Assembly: GCA_043426695.1 (NCBI GenBank)
Contig: JBHWRM010000109.1
Coordinates: forward strand, 24,115-88,114
Length of the DNA: 64,000 nucleotides
DNA from: Corynebacterium sp.
GTDB lineage: Bacteria; Actinomycetota; Actinomycetes; Mycobacteriales; Mycobacteriaceae
Direction of reading: 5' to 3'
The translations under genes were made by a program, and so were the position numbers. This document shows positions 41,860 through 52,451 of this stretch, piece by piece. The notes below the pieces were generated by a model. It saw only the letters and a list, made by a program, of their open reading frames with translations. It did not search any database and was not told where the DNA came from. Within the stretch, counting starts at the first letter, position 1. Each line of letters begins with the position of its first letter.

Positions 41860-42872
41860 GGACGGGGAGCGGAGTGGGCCGAGTCACCCAGCGCGGAAGT
41901 AAACCGCCAAGCGTCCGACACCACCGTCTTCAGATCCGAGAGCTTCGGCTCCCAACCCAGTTCAGCGATGGCCTTCGCACTCGAGGCGATGAGCACTGCA
42001 GGGTCACCGGCGCGTCGAGGAGCCTCGATTGCAGGGATCTCTGCTCCGGTGACCTCCCGGCAGGTGTCGATGACCTCCCGGACGCTGAACCCATCACCGC
42101 TACCGAGATTGAAGATCCGGTGCTCGCCGGCCACGTTGGAGGTTGCGGCCAGCACGTGGGCGTCCGCGAGGTCCTTGATGTGGATGTAGTCACGCACCGC
42201 GGTGCCGTCCTTGGTGGGCCAATCGGAGCCGAAGATACTGATCGACTCGCGGTGTCCCAGAGCGACCTGCAAGACGATGGGGATCAGGTGGGTCTCTACT
42301 TCGCGGTTTTCACCGAACTGCTGATAGGCACCGGCGACGTTGAAGTAGCGCAGGCTCGTCGCCGCCAGATCGTAGGCCTTGGCGTAGGAGGTGAGCATGT
42401 AGTCGATCGTCAGCTTCGAGGCACCGTAGGGGTTAGCCGGGGCTGTGGTCATATCCTCCGTGATCGGCACCTGTTCCGGTTCGCCGTAGCAGGCGGCGGT
42501 GGAGGAGAAGACGATGTTCTTCACACCCGCGTTGCGCATCGCGTCCAGCAGTGTGAGGGTCGTGACGACATTGTGGTGCCAGTAGGCATCCGGCTGCTCC
42601 ACGGATTCGCCCACGAGCGATCGAGCAGCAAAGTGAAACACGGCGGCGAAACCGCCATCCGCCAAAACCTCGCTGGCCACATCGGCAATGTCGCCTTCTA
42701 CAAAGTTCGCCTCGGGGTGGATCGCGGACCGATTGCCGGTGCTCAGATTATCCACGACGGTGACGCGGAACCCGTTTTCGATGAGGACAGCGGTGCACAC
42801 GCTACCCACGTAGCCCGCACCCCCGGTGACGAGGACGTTGCTGCCAGGTTCAATTGCGTTGTGTTCAGTCAC
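41856..42872 (-). CDS. galE: UDP-glucose 4-epimerase
   Basis: [32 protein letters not shown] and RDYIH motifs. Confidence 0.97.
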   Translation of the reverse strand: MTEHNAIEPGSNVLVTGGAGYVGSVCTAVLIENGFRVTVVDNLSTGNRSAIHPEANFVEGDIADVASEVLADGGFAAVFHFAARSLVGESVEQPDAYWHHNVVTTLTLLDAMRNAGVKNIVFSSTAACYGEPEQVPITEDMTTAPANPYGASKLTIDYMLTSYAKAYDLAATSLRYFNVAGAYQQFGENREVETHLIPIVLQVALGHRESISIFGSDWPTKDGTAVRDYIHIKDLADAHVLAATSNVAGEHRIFNLGSGDGFSVREVIDTCREVTGAEIPAIEAPRRAGDPAVLIASSAKAIAELGWEPKLSDLKTVVSDAWRFTSALGDSAHSAPRP

Positions 42873-42935
42873 TGTGGGGGGCTTTCTTCAATAGAAGGAA
42901 TGCGAGGTGCGCGGGGCCGCGGGGCCTCGAGATGG

Positions 42936-43655
42936 TTAAACGTCTGAGACGCTGCGTACGCGGACAGCGTGCGCCAACTCGCTGGGGATGGCGACCTCGG
43001 CAGAGCCACTACGCAGAATAAGGTGGTCCTCAGCCGGAATCACAGTGACCGTGACACCCGGGAGAATGCCAGCTTTGCGCAGCCGCTTCATCAACGAGCC
43101 CTCGACCTGGACAATCTCGTTGAAGCTGGCGACCACGGCCTCATGCTCCTCACCGGCGGCAAGGTCGGCGGCACGAACCGAATTCGGATCCTCCGCCACA
43201 GCCGTCTGGGAAAAATCCGTGCTGTCCGCTGCCTGCTCGGTGAGGATGTCCAGCCCCGGGATGGGGTTGCCGAAAGGGGAGGTGTCGTGCTCATCGAGAA
43301 CCTCGACGAGGCGCTGTTCGACCTCGTCACTCATGACGTGCTCCCACCGGCAGGCTTCGTCGTGCACCTTGTCCCATGGCAGCCCGATGACGTCGGTCAA
43401 CAGGCGCTCCGCGAGGCGGTGCTTGCGCATGACAGAGGTCGCGAGTGCCCGGCCCTCGGTGGAGAGCTTCAGGGAGCGGTCCTTCTCAACGGAGAGCAGA
43501 CCATCGCGCTCCATGCGGGCCACCGTCTGGCTTACCGTGGGGCCGGACTGCTCAAGCCGTTCGGCGATCCGGGCGCGCAGCGGCGGGATGCCCTCTTCCT
43601 CGAGCTCGTAAATCGTCCGGAGGTACATCTCCGTTGTGTCTACTAGATCGCGCAC
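42936..43655 (-). CDS. dtxR: Iron-dependent repressor DtxR
   Basis: MRDLVDTTEMYLRTIYELEEEG, MRKHRLAERLL, HDEACRWEHV and SPFGNPIPGL. Confidence 0.97.
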   Translation of the reverse strand: MRDLVDTTEMYLRTIYELEEEGIPPLRARIAERLEQSGPTVSQTVARMERDGLLSVEKDRSLKLSTEGRALATSVMRKHRLAERLLTDVIGLPWDKVHDEACRWEHVMSDEVEQRLVEVLDEHDTSPFGNPIPGLDILTEQAADSTDFSQTAVAEDPNSVRAADLAAGEEHEAVVASFNEIVQVEGSLMKRLRKAGILPGVTVTVIPAEDHLILRSGSAEVAIPSELAHAVRVRSVSDV

Positions 43656-43746
43656 CCTACTGGCCCTTTCTCACCTTTCGAGCTGATGGAAGCCTCGAAA
43701 AAATCAACGTCTCAACCATACATCCCCGGCCCAGGGGAGTGGCGCA

Positions 43747-44769
43747 CTATACCGCGTATTCGCGGAGCTTGTCCGCGCGCTGGCCCTCTCGCAGCTTCGC
43801 CATGACCTCGCGCTCGATCTGGCGCACCCGCTCACGGGAAAGACCGAACTGCCGACCGATCTGGTCCAACGTCCGGGGAAGGCCATCATCGAGTCCATAG
43901 CGCAGGGTGATGACATCCTGCTCTCGCTGCTCCAAAGTCGCTAGGACGGAGCGAATGTCGGAGTGGCGCAGGCTGGCGACGACAGCAGCCTCGGCATCCT
44001 CCGCCTCCGAGTCTTCGATGAAGTCGCCCAGCGGGGCTTCCTCGTCGGTGCCGACCGGCATGTCGAGGCTTACCGGGTCGCGGGACTGCTTCATCAGCAT
44101 CTCGATCCGATCCTCCGGGATCCCCGACTCCTCAGCCAGCTCCTCGTACGTCGCCTCACGACCCAGGTGCTGGTACATCTCGCGCTTGATGCGGGAGAGC
44201 TTATTGACCTGCTCCACCAGGTGCACCGGCAGGCGAATAGTGCGTGACTGGTCGGCCATACCGCGGGTGATGGCCTGACGGATCCACCAGGTGGCATAGG
44301 TGGAAAACTTGTAGCCCTTCTTGTAATCGAACTTCTCCATCGCGCGGATGAGACCCAGGTTGCCCTCCTGGATCAGGTCCAGCAGAGGCATGCCACGACC
44401 GGTATAGCGCTTGGCCAACGAGACCACGAGGCGCAGATTAGCCTCCAGCAGGTGAGTGCGTGCGGCCTTGCCCTCACGGGCGAGGATCTTCACATCGCGC
44501 TTCTTCGCACGCGTCAATGGCTCGCCACTCTTGAGCAGCTGCTCCGCATACAGCCCGGCCTCGATGCGTTGGGAAAGTTCAACCTCGTCCTCCGCAGTCA
44601 GAAGGGCAGTCTTGCCAATGCCGTTGAGATACACCCGGACGAGGTCGGCTGAAGGGTTTTCGTTATTGCCTCGGCGCCGACGGCGGTCAGTATTCTGCTC
44701 CTGCTGCGAAGAATCGTCCTTCGTAGACGTCGCGGGGGCAGAATCGCTGCCGTTGGTGGACTTGCTCAT
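43747..44769 (-). CDS. sigB: RNA polymerase sigma factor SigB
   Basis: Sigma70 regions 1.2-4 ([22 protein letters not shown]) with no region 1.1; upstream of dtxR. Confidence 0.96.
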   Translation of the reverse strand: MSKSTNGSDSAPATSTKDDSSQQEQNTDRRRRRGNNENPSADLVRVYLNGIGKTALLTAEDEVELSQRIEAGLYAEQLLKSGEPLTRAKKRDVKILAREGKAARTHLLEANLRLVVSLAKRYTGRGMPLLDLIQEGNLGLIRAMEKFDYKKGYKFSTYATWWIRQAITRGMADQSRTIRLPVHLVEQVNKLSRIKREMYQHLGREATYEELAEESGIPEDRIEMLMKQSRDPVSLDMPVGTDEEAPLGDFIEDSEAEDAEAAVVASLRHSDIRSVLATLEQREQDVITLRYGLDDGLPRTLDQIGRQFGLSRERVRQIEREVMAKLREGQRADKLREYAV

Positions 44770-44840
44770 GCAGTTTGGTCTCCTCTTGAGCTCACGATGG
44801 GCATCCGACGGGGCGCTATTTTTGAGGCGCTAATACTACC

Positions 44841-44866
44841 AACGGCCGGGGTCCGGGTTTTGTTCC
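44841..44866 (-). promoter_or_regulatory. SigH/SigE-type promoter of sigB
   Basis: Minus strand reads GGAAC-N17-CGTT. Confidence 0.75.
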
Positions 44867-44943
44867 CAGGCCTAGGTTCACCGTCGGGGCGAGGACTGCG
44901 TACACCCCACAAACGGGGGCTACTCACCCCACGCTTCGCCGAC

Positions 44944-45411
44944 CTAACACTCAACCAACACGGTATAAGGCCCCTCGTTCACGGAGCTGACCTGCATATC
45001 CGCCCCAAACTCGCCAGTTTCAACATGGATCCCACGGTTCCGGAGCCCGTGGACGATCTTCTCAATTACCGGTTCAGCAGCCGGACCCGGCATCGCCTCT
45101 GACCAGCTGGGGCGCCGACCCCGCTTCGTTTTACCCATCAGGGTGAACTGGCTAACCACCAGCACGGAACCGCCCACCTCCTCAACCGACAGGTCCCGTT
45201 GGCCACCCCACGGCTCACCCGAGGCGGGGAACAGCCGCAGCTCGGCGATCTTGCGCACCATCGTTTCCCACGCGTTGGCGTCGTCATCCTTGCCGCTGCC
45301 GATGAGCGCGAGCAACGCCGGACCGGAGACCTCACCGACTCGACGGACCTCACCGGATTCATCCCGGACGTCGACGCTGGCCTGACTCACCGTGCTGATA
45401 ACTGCCTTCAT
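44944..45411 (-). CDS. dtd: D-aminoacyl-tRNA deacylase
   Basis: VSQFTL, GRRPSW, FGADM and NEGPYT (Gly-cisPro) motifs. Confidence 0.93.
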   Translation of the reverse strand: MKAVISTVSQASVDVRDESGEVRRVGEVSGPALLALIGSGKDDDANAWETMVRKIAELRLFPASGEPWGGQRDLSVEEVGGSVLVVSQFTLMGKTKRGRRPSWSEAMPGPAAEPVIEKIVHGLRNRGIHVETGEFGADMQVSSVNEGPYTVLVEC

Positions 45412-45421
45412 GATCCTCCAC

Positions 45422-47140
45422 TTACCTTTCTGCCCAGTCGACCAGACTGCTCGGCAACACGATTCCGTGGCGAACGAGGTCGACGATGATCCCCAGCATT
45501 CTCTCGATCAGGACTTCCTCATAATCATCGTGCGACTCGCCTTCGGAAGGCCCGGTCACAGCCGCATAGAGCCCCAGCACATCTTCCAGGGCCAACCCTT
45601 CCGGATTCAGACCGGCGAGGATGGACTCCACCGCGGCGTCGATCTCGTGCGTCCAAGCCGGACCATCTGTCCGAGCCAGTCGGAGACACAGTTCCCGGAA
45701 ACCCTGGCCAGCCCCCGCATCCGCCTGCCGCACCAACTCGGTGGCCACCCCAGGGCGAACGGCAAAACGCTCGGCCAGGACATCGTCGGCAGATACGTCG
45801 GCCAGCCACTGACTGCGAATGAACCACTCGGCCACCTCAGCACCCAGCGGGGTGCCCGGCACCATGGTGTCGGGCAGCTGCTCTACGGTGACCTCACTGG
45901 AGCCATCGATAGCCCGAAGGTGCGCAAAACCCAGCGCAATATGGCTGACACCGTTGTCAGCCAGGTAGTGAAGCCACTGCCCGGCCTTCCTCCGCCCCGC
46001 TGGGGATCGTGGGTCAATCCCTTCGTCGCTCAGCCACGTCGTCACATAGGTCTCCGGGTCCACATATTCCCGCACGAGGCCGTAAGCACGCACGCCTTCC
46101 GCCGGCAGCCAACGCCCCATTTTCGACGCCACCGAATCCTCAGCAGACACCGCCCAAGAACACAGGATATGCGCCGTTCCGCCGGGCGCGAGGTGCTCAG
46201 GAGCACGAGAGACGACCAGCTCGGTCGCACGGTCCAAGCCTAGCCCAGAATCACGGTAGACATGTCCGACCTCCGGGGGTTGGACCACAAAAGGCGGATT
46301 GGACACGATGAGATCGAAGCGCTCACCTGCCACTGGCTCGAACCAGGAGCCCTCCCGCCACTCGATGCCGCTTTCGGGAGCTGCCAGACCTGTAGACAGC
46401 TGACCCTGGGCCTGTGCAAGCTGCGTGCCATTGATAGCGGCGAAGTCCAACGCCCGGCCACTAATATCCGTTCCCACCACGTGCGCCTCAGGGTAGGCCA
46501 ATTGCAAGGCCAGGCTCAGCGCCCCACCACCGCAACCCAGGTCGAGGATCCGCCTCGGGGACGGCAGCCAGGGATTGTCCGCCGGGGGGATGGCTCGAAG
46601 CAGCGACCGGGGAGCGTTACCCAGACCCGGTACGTGATCATCCGGGGTGGGCTCCTGTGGCCACAGGCCAGCATCCGGATCCGACGCGAGCAAGAATTCG
46701 CCGCCGAGGCTGGGGGCATCGCCATCCGCATCACCGAACAGATGTGGGAAGGAGTAAGGGCGGATATCCACCCGCAGCTGCAACTCATCCGCGTTGTCGG
46801 GCAGGGATGTGATCAGCCGGGCGTCGATGGCGCGCCGGGTGAGGTCAGTGCCGATGAGTTCCTGCCACCTCGCCCGGGTTGCTGGTTCTCGCAAGACGAA
46901 GAGCTCCACCAGCTCGGCTGCGCCTGTGTCGCGCTGGGAGTCGCCCCGGCCATAGGCGCGGACCGAGCGCAGCGCGCCGGCTGGGTTGGCGAGGTTGAGG
47001 GAGCGAAGGCCGGCCTCGCCTAGGACGTCCTCGAGCAGGGTAGTGCTGAGGCCGCGCTCACGGGCAGCGGCGAGGAGGCCGCCGAGAGCCTCGCGGGCGG
47101 GCTGGGAACTGAGCTGCATGCTGGAAGGTTGGGTTGTCAC
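45422..47140 (-). CDS. Class I SAM-dependent methyltransferase (HemK/NPPF type, actinobacterial long form)
   Basis: [30 protein letters not shown] and HLAPGG motifs. Confidence 0.88.
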   Translation of the reverse strand: MTTQPSSMQLSSQPAREALGGLLAAARERGLSTTLLEDVLGEAGLRSLNLANPAGALRSVRAYGRGDSQRDTGAAELVELFVLREPATRARWQELIGTDLTRRAIDARLITSLPDNADELQLRVDIRPYSFPHLFGDADGDAPSLGGEFLLASDPDAGLWPQEPTPDDHVPGLGNAPRSLLRAIPPADNPWLPSPRRILDLGCGGGALSLALQLAYPEAHVVGTDISGRALDFAAINGTQLAQAQGQLSTGLAAPESGIEWREGSWFEPVAGERFDLIVSNPPFVVQPPEVGHVYRDSGLGLDRATELVVSRAPEHLAPGGTAHILCSWAVSAEDSVASKMGRWLPAEGVRAYGLVREYVDPETYVTTWLSDEGIDPRSPAGRRKAGQWLHYLADNGVSHIALGFAHLRAIDGSSEVTVEQLPDTMVPGTPLGAEVAEWFIRSQWLADVSADDVLAERFAVRPGVATELVRQADAGAGQGFRELCLRLARTDGPAWTHEIDAAVESILAGLNPEGLALEDVLGLYAAVTGPSEGESHDDYEEVLIERMLGIIVDLVRHGIVLPSSLVDWAER

Positions 47141-47269
47141 TGTGGGAAATGCCTTCTTTTCTCGGTCGTCGTTGGGAAACCGGCTCTGCGTGCCGCCGGC
47201 AAAGCACTGTTCTCTCTAGGGGGCGCTGGGGCAGTGGCATGCTGCACGTCCACCATGATGATGGCCGAG

Positions 47270-47740
47270 CTAGTCTTCTGACTCGTGGTCAATGACGGGG
47301 TGGCGGTCGGCGGAGCCTACGTCGCTGGGCTCCAGCTGTCGCTGCGGGCTCGTCGCCTGAGAGAGCTGAGAATTGGCCAGCGCCTCCCGGTTGGCTCGCA
47401 CGAGGCCAGGCTTGTAGACCTTTTCCGACTCCTTGGTGGCTTCCCCCGACTCGTTGGCGAGCATGACCGCAACCCAGGGCAGTGGAACACTGATGAACGC
47501 CACTACCGCGCCCAACATGAGGTTATTGGTGACCCACAGCAGGATCACGGCCAAGACAAGCACCGGGATGCGGGCGATCTGGAGCCCCAAATAGAGGCGA
47601 CGCCGGTGGTGCCAGTCCTCCAGCTGTGACTTCTTCGCATCGGTGATTCGGTCAACCCGCTTGCCAGGACGGCGGAAACGGCGCGCTCCGGTGGCCGAAG
47701 TGCCCCGGGTACGACCGGCACGTTTCTCTGCTGCTGACAT
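47270..47740 (-). CDS. DUF3099 family membrane protein
   Basis: ITDA..S...RRRLY...R and PLPWVAVMLAN motifs; ATG lies 7 nt after TACCGT. Confidence 0.85.
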   Translation of the reverse strand: MSAAEKRAGRTRGTSATGARRFRRPGKRVDRITDAKKSQLEDWHHRRRLYLGLQIARIPVLVLAVILLWVTNNLMLGAVVAFISVPLPWVAVMLANESGEATKESEKVYKPGLVRANREALANSQLSQATSPQRQLEPSDVGSADRHPVIDHESED

Positions 47741-47800
47741 ACCGTCTACGGTAGTACGAGAGTCAATTGTGGGAAGCCCCCAGGGGCAAGATGGAGGATT

Positions 47801-48043
47801 GTGAGCGCCACGAGCACCAGCACGCTGGAACGTCCGAAGGTTGATGAGCGGGAGCAGACTCAGGACGACACCCCAAAGTTCTTCCACTACGTCAAGAAGG
47901 ACCAGATCGTGGAGTCGGCGGTCATGGGCCGATTGGTGGTTGCACTGTGCGGTGAAACCTTCCCGGTGACGAAGCAGGCAAAACCGGGTTCCCCGGTGTG
48001 CCCGGAGTGCGAGGAAATTTACCAGAGCCTGCGTAAGAAGTAG
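47801..48043 (+). CDS. DUF3039 family small zinc-binding protein
   Basis: FFHYVKKDQIVESAV.G..VVALCGE...PVCPECEEIY. Confidence 0.9.
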   Translation: MSATSTSTLERPKVDEREQTQDDTPKFFHYVKKDQIVESAVMGRLVVALCGETFPVTKQAKPGSPVCPECEEIYQSLRKK

Positions 48044-48055
48044 GTCCGATACAAG

Positions 48056-49792
48056 GTGAAAAGAACCCTCCGTGCCTGGCAGCAGGAGGCCCTGGACCTC
48101 TATCAGGAACAGCAGCCCCGGGACTTCCTGGCGGTCGCAACCCCGGGTGCTGGTAAGACCACCTTTGCCCTGACGCTGGCGTCAATGTTGCTGGAAAAGC
48201 GCATTGTCCAGCGACTCGTCATCGTGGTTCCCACCGAGCACTTGAAGGTCCAGTGGGCGCTCTCCGCCGCTGCCATGGGGATTGCCCTCGACGCTGAGTT
48301 TTCTAACTCCTCCCCATTCAACAACGCCTTCGACGGCGTGGCCGTGACCTATGCCCAGGTTGGTATGAAGCCCACCAAGCACTATCAGGTGGCCACAGCT
48401 CAGAAGACCCTGGTGATCCTCGATGAGATCCACCACGCGGGTGACGCGAAGAGTTGGGGAGACGGCGTGCGCTTGGCCTATGCCCATGCTGAGCGCCGAC
48501 TGGCGCTGACCGGTACGCCGTTCCGATCCGACGACGCTCAGATCCCTTTCGTGGACTATATCGAGGTCCCGGGCACCGACGGGGCGCTGGAGTCTCGAGC
48601 GGACTACACCTACGGATACTCGGAGGCGCTTCGCGACGGGGTGGTCCGGCCGGTGGTCTTCATGGCCTACTCCGGACAGGCGCGGTGGCGTTCCAGCGCG
48701 GGCGAGGAGTTCGAGGCCCGGCTGGGCGAGACCCTCACTCCGGAACAGACCGCCCGGGCGTGGCGGACGGCGCTGGACCCGAAGGGGGAGTGGATCCCCG
48801 CGGTCCTGAAGGCTGCTCACACTCGCCTGCTGAAGCTGCGCACCCATATCCCGGACGCTGGCGGTCTGGTCATCGCGACCGATAAGACGACCGCCCGCGC
48901 CTACGCAAAGATCCTGTCGACGATCAGCAGCACACCGGTTACCGTCGTCCTTTCCGATGAGGTCGGTGCCTCCGACCGCATTAAGGAATTCTCCGCCAGC
49001 CAGGACGAATGGATGGTCGCGGTGCGCATGGTCTCAGAGGGTGTGGACGTGCCCCGCCTGGCGGTGGGCGTTTATGCCACGAGCGCGGCGACCCCGCTGT
49101 TCTTCGCCCAGGCGATCGGTCGCTTCGTGCGTTCCCGCCGCAAGGGTGAGTCCGCCAGCGTGTTCCTGCCTAGCGTGCCCGTGCTGTTGGATCTGGCGTC
49201 CAAGCTGGAAAAGCAGCGTAACCACGTGCTCGGCGTTCCTAAGAAGGACGAGGAAGGCTGGGACGATGAGCTGCTGGCTCAGGCTAACCGCGAGGAGAAC
49301 GAGCCAGATGAGCTGACGACCTACGAGTCCATCGGTGCGGAGGCCGAACTGGATTCTTTGATTTACGACGGCTCGACCTACGGCACGACCACTCTGGCCG
49401 GTTCCGCGGAGGAACAGGACTATCTGGGTCTACCAGGCTTGTTGGACGCGGAACAGATGCGCATGCTGTTGCAGCAGCGACAGGCCGACCAGGTCGAGGC
49501 ACGAGCCCGAGAAGCCGAGGAGCGTAAGCGCCGGGAGGCCGAAGAACGACGCAACGGTAGCGCTGCCGGTGGAATGAGCGGCGCGGAGGCGCACCGTCGC
49601 CGGGTGGCCAGCGAGGAGCTTCCGGCGTTGCGCAAGGAGCTCAACGCGCTCGTGAATATGACCGCGGCACGGACCGGTAGACCACAGGGCTCGATCCACA
49701 ACGAGGCTCGCCGCAACTGCGGCGGCCCTCCGACTGCGTTGTGCACCGCGGAGCAGCTGCGAGACCGTATCGCCTACCTGCGCGACTGGTAG
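48056..49792 (+). CDS. SF2 DEAD/DEAH-box helicase
   Basis: LRAWQ Q motif, TPGAGKT, DEIHH, LTGTP, MVSEGVDVP and QAIGRFVR. Confidence 0.92.
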   Translation: MKRTLRAWQQEALDLYQEQQPRDFLAVATPGAGKTTFALTLASMLLEKRIVQRLVIVVPTEHLKVQWALSAAAMGIALDAEFSNSSPFNNAFDGVAVTYAQVGMKPTKHYQVATAQKTLVILDEIHHAGDAKSWGDGVRLAYAHAERRLALTGTPFRSDDAQIPFVDYIEVPGTDGALESRADYTYGYSEALRDGVVRPVVFMAYSGQARWRSSAGEEFEARLGETLTPEQTARAWRTALDPKGEWIPAVLKAAHTRLLKLRTHIPDAGGLVIATDKTTARAYAKILSTISSTPVTVVLSDEVGASDRIKEFSASQDEWMVAVRMVSEGVDVPRLAVGVYATSAATPLFFAQAIGRFVRSRRKGESASVFLPSVPVLLDLASKLEKQRNHVLGVPKKDEEGWDDELLAQANREENEPDELTTYESIGAEAELDSLIYDGSTYGTTTLAGSAEEQDYLGLPGLLDAEQMRMLLQQRQADQVEARAREAEERKRREAEERRNGSAAGGMSGAEAHRRRVASEELPALRKELNALVNMTAARTGRPQGSIHNEARRNCGGPPTALCTAEQLRDRIAYLRDW

Positions 49793-49871
49793 GCTGTGCC
49801 CTCATCCCGGGAACACCGCAGCCCGGGCCAGGGATATGAGAGAAATTCCGAGAAAGGATCATCGAGTCGAG

Positions 49872-50231
49872 ATGGCGAAGAAGAATCCAGCTGGTGAGCA
49901 GCCGGCCGCACAACCCCACGCGCCCCAGGTAGCCAGCCGGATGTCGCTGGCAGCGCTGATTTTGGGTGTGCTCGCCCTCCCGGCGGGCCTGCTCCCGCTG
50001 ATCGGCATTTTTGTGGCGATGATCGCGCTGGTGGTGGCGATCGTTGCCCTCGTCCGCGCGAACCGTCACGCCACGGCGCGAACCTACCCCATCGTGGGGC
50101 TCGTGCTCGCGATTCTCGCGATGGGCCTTGCACTGATCACCACGAAGGTAGCCACCGAGTTTCCGGAGCAGTGCCAGGGGCTCAGCGATGAGGAGCTGAC
50201 CCAATGCGTCAAGGAGCACCGAGGAAACTAG
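49872..50231 (+). CDS. Small membrane protein (DUF4190-like)
   Basis: Three hydrophobic helices (SLAALILGV...) and a C-terminal C-x10-C pair; GAAAGGA upstream. Confidence 0.65.
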   Translation: MAKKNPAGEQPAAQPHAPQVASRMSLAALILGVLALPAGLLPLIGIFVAMIALVVAIVALVRANRHATARTYPIVGLVLAILAMGLALITTKVATEFPEQCQGLSDEELTQCVKEHRGN

Positions 50232-50409
50232 CTCCACGCTGGTTGGTGGTGCGGCTTCCGAAAAAAGAGACCCCGCCCGATCTCAAACAAGATCTCAGGG
50301 GAGGGGGGCAGGGAAGAACTTGGTGCAGCGTGACCTGACCGCAGGGGTGGGCAGCAAGATCTAAGGGGGCCAGGGAAGAACACTCCACGAACAAGGGACA
50401 GATAACGAG

Positions 50410-50445
50410 AAAACAACCGCCGGGAAAACCCGGCGGTTATTTTCT
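50410..50445. terminator. Bidirectional intrinsic terminator downstream of sigA
   Basis: AACCGCCGGG-AAAA-CCCGGCGGTT with A-rich and T-rich flanks. Confidence 0.85.
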
Positions 50446-50480
50446 TCTCCCGCCCCGCATGAGCGGGTAAGACGTGCGGT

Positions 50481-52097
50481 TTAGTCCAAGTAGTCCCGCA
50501 GTACCTGGGAGCGGGATGGGTGGCGCAGCTTGGACATCGTCTTCGACTCGATCTGTCGGATGCGCTCGCGGGTCACACCGTAAACCTGTCCGATCTCGTC
50601 CAGGGTGCGCGGCATGCCATCGGTCAGGCCGAAGCGGAGCTTCACCACGCCGGCCTCACGCTCGGACAGGGTATGCAAAACGTCCTGCAGCTGGTCCTGC
50701 AGCAGCGTGAAGGACACCGCGTCCACAGCGATGACCGCTTCAGAGTCCTCGATGAAGTCTCCCAGCTGGGAGTCGCCCTCGTCACCGATAGTCTGGTCCA
50801 GGGAGATTGGCTCGCGGGCGTACTGCTGGATCTCCAGCACCTTGTCGACCGTGATGTCCATCTCACGGGCCAGCTCCTCCGGCGTCGGCTCGCGGCCAAG
50901 GTCCTGCAACAGCTCGCGCTGAATGCGGCCGAGCTTGTTGATGACCTCCACCATGTGAACCGGAATGCGGATCGTGCGTGCCTGGTCAGCCATCGCACGC
51001 GTGACCGCTTGGCGGATCCACCACGTGGCGTATGTGGAGAACTTATATCCCTTGGAGTAATCGAACTTCTCCACCGCACGGATCAGGCCCAGGTTGCCCT
51101 CCTGGATCAGATCCAGGAAAGCCATGCCGCGACCGGTGTAGCGCTTGGCCAGGGAGACCACGAGGCGAAGGTTCGCCTCCAGCAGGTGGTTCTTTGCCTT
51201 GCGACCGTCTCGGTCGATTTCGCGCAGGTCTCGGCGGTTCATGGGGGAGAGGCGCTCGCCGGATTCCTTGATCTGCTTGAGCCGGTAGTTTGCATACAGG
51301 CCAGCCTCGATACGCTTCGCCAGCGAGACCTCTTGCTCTGCGTTCAATAGGGCTACCTTGCCGATTTGCTTCAGGTAGGCGCGGACGGAGTCTGCAGATG
51401 CGGTGAGGGCAGCGTCGCGGCGGGCCTGGCGCAGAGCGGCGGACTCGTCCTCGTCCCACACGCTGTCGTCGCGGCCGTCCTTGGAGGTTGAGGACTCCTC
51501 TTCGTCGTCCTCGTCTTCTTCCTCATTGTCGTCGGCGTCGTCCTCGTCCTCGAGGTCGTCGTCCAGGTCGTCGTCGAGGTCCTCATCCAGGTCCTCGTCG
51601 ATGTCCTCCAGATCCGGCTCGACATCGTGATCGAACTCGTCGTCGACGCCCTCGGGATCCTCGTTGGTGGTGACCTCGGCGTCCTTGCTCTTTGCCTCGA
51701 GCTGCTCCTGCGTCTTCGCAGCAGACGTCGCCTTGGTTGCCTTCCGTGCGGTCTTCTTGGCAGCCTTCTTCGCCGTCTTTTTAGCGGTCTTCTTGGCAGC
51801 CTTCTTGGCGGTCTTTTTCGCCGTCTTCTTCGCGACCTTGCGGGTGGCCTTCTTGGCCGCCTTCTTCGCGACCTTCTTTGGCTCCTCGACCGCATCTTCA
51901 GACGCAGACGCTGCTACGTCTGCTGTGACAGCTGCGGACGCCGTCTTCTTCGCAGCAGTGGCGCTTGTTACCTTGCGGGCCGTGCGCTTGACTGCTTTGC
52001 GAGCCGTCTTCTTGGCGACTTTCCGTGCAGCAGTGCCAGACGTCCCGCTTGCGTCCTGGACGCTATCACCGCTGGTGGTTGAGTCTTGAGAAGCCAC
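50481..52097 (-). CDS. sigA: Principal sigma factor SigA
   Basis: [45 protein letters not shown] 52097 follows SD GAAAGGG; Lys/Ala-rich then acidic N-terminus. Confidence 0.97.
   Translation of the reverse strand: MASQDSTTSGDSVQDASGTSGTAARKVAKKTARKAVKRTARKVTSATAAKKTASAAVTADVAASASEDAVEEPKKVAKKAAKKATRKVAKKTAKKTAKKAAKKTAKKTAKKAAKKTARKATKATSAAKTQEQLEAKSKDAEVTTNEDPEGVDDEFDHDVEPDLEDIDEDLDEDLDDDLDDDLEDEDDADDNEEEDEDDEEESSTSKDGRDDSVWDEDESAALRQARRDAALTASADSVRAYLKQIGKVALLNAEQEVSLAKRIEAGLYANYRLKQIKESGERLSPMNRRDLREIDRDGRKAKNHLLEANLRLVVSLAKRYTGRGMAFLDLIQEGNLGLIRAVEKFDYSKGYKFSTYATWWIRQAVTRAMADQARTIRIPVHMVEVINKLGRIQRELLQDLGREPTPEELAREMDITVDKVLEIQQYAREPISLDQTIGDEGDSQLGDFIEDSEAVIAVDAVSFTLLQDQLQDVLHTLSEREAGVVKLRFGLTDGMPRTLDEIGQVYGVTRERIRQIESKTMSKLRHPSRSQVLRDYLD
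51740..51880 (-). repeat. Degenerate 12-bp tandem repeats encoding (A/T/V)AKK in sigA
   Basis: [46 protein letters not shown]. Confidence 0.85.
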
Positions 52098-52421
52098 AGA
52101 AGCCCTTTCGGTCGGGGATTGTTGCAACGTACGGCTGTGATCGCCGGGCAACGCCAGCGACCTCGTTGTACGTTTAGGTAGGTTCCTCGCTCGGGAGGAA
52201 TCCCTACCAGTCGCTATCCAAACTACGTTTGCTCGCCGATTCCTGGTGGATAGCAACCATGAATCGACGCATTGAGTTCCACTCGCCAGCATACGTCCAC
52301 CAACGAGTTCGTGTCGGTGACGTCAACCCGACCCGGCCCGCCGGGCGGTGTTCTGCTGTGGAGTAGTTACTCTGAGCAACAGGAATGCTGCTCCTGGCGC
52401 TCAAGCGCCCAACGGCCGACC

Positions 52422-52427
52422 ATTATA
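52422..52427 (-). promoter_or_regulatory. Consensus -10 element of sigA
   Basis: Minus strand GGC-TATAAT-GG, about 320 nt upstream of the sigA start. Confidence 0.65.
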
Positions 52428-52451
52428 GCCAAGCTTGATTGCCCATGCCGG

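Noticed and set aside
52098..52292. 603-aa extended SigA starting at 52292
   Set aside because: The extension does not look coding, and a good SD precedes GTG 52097
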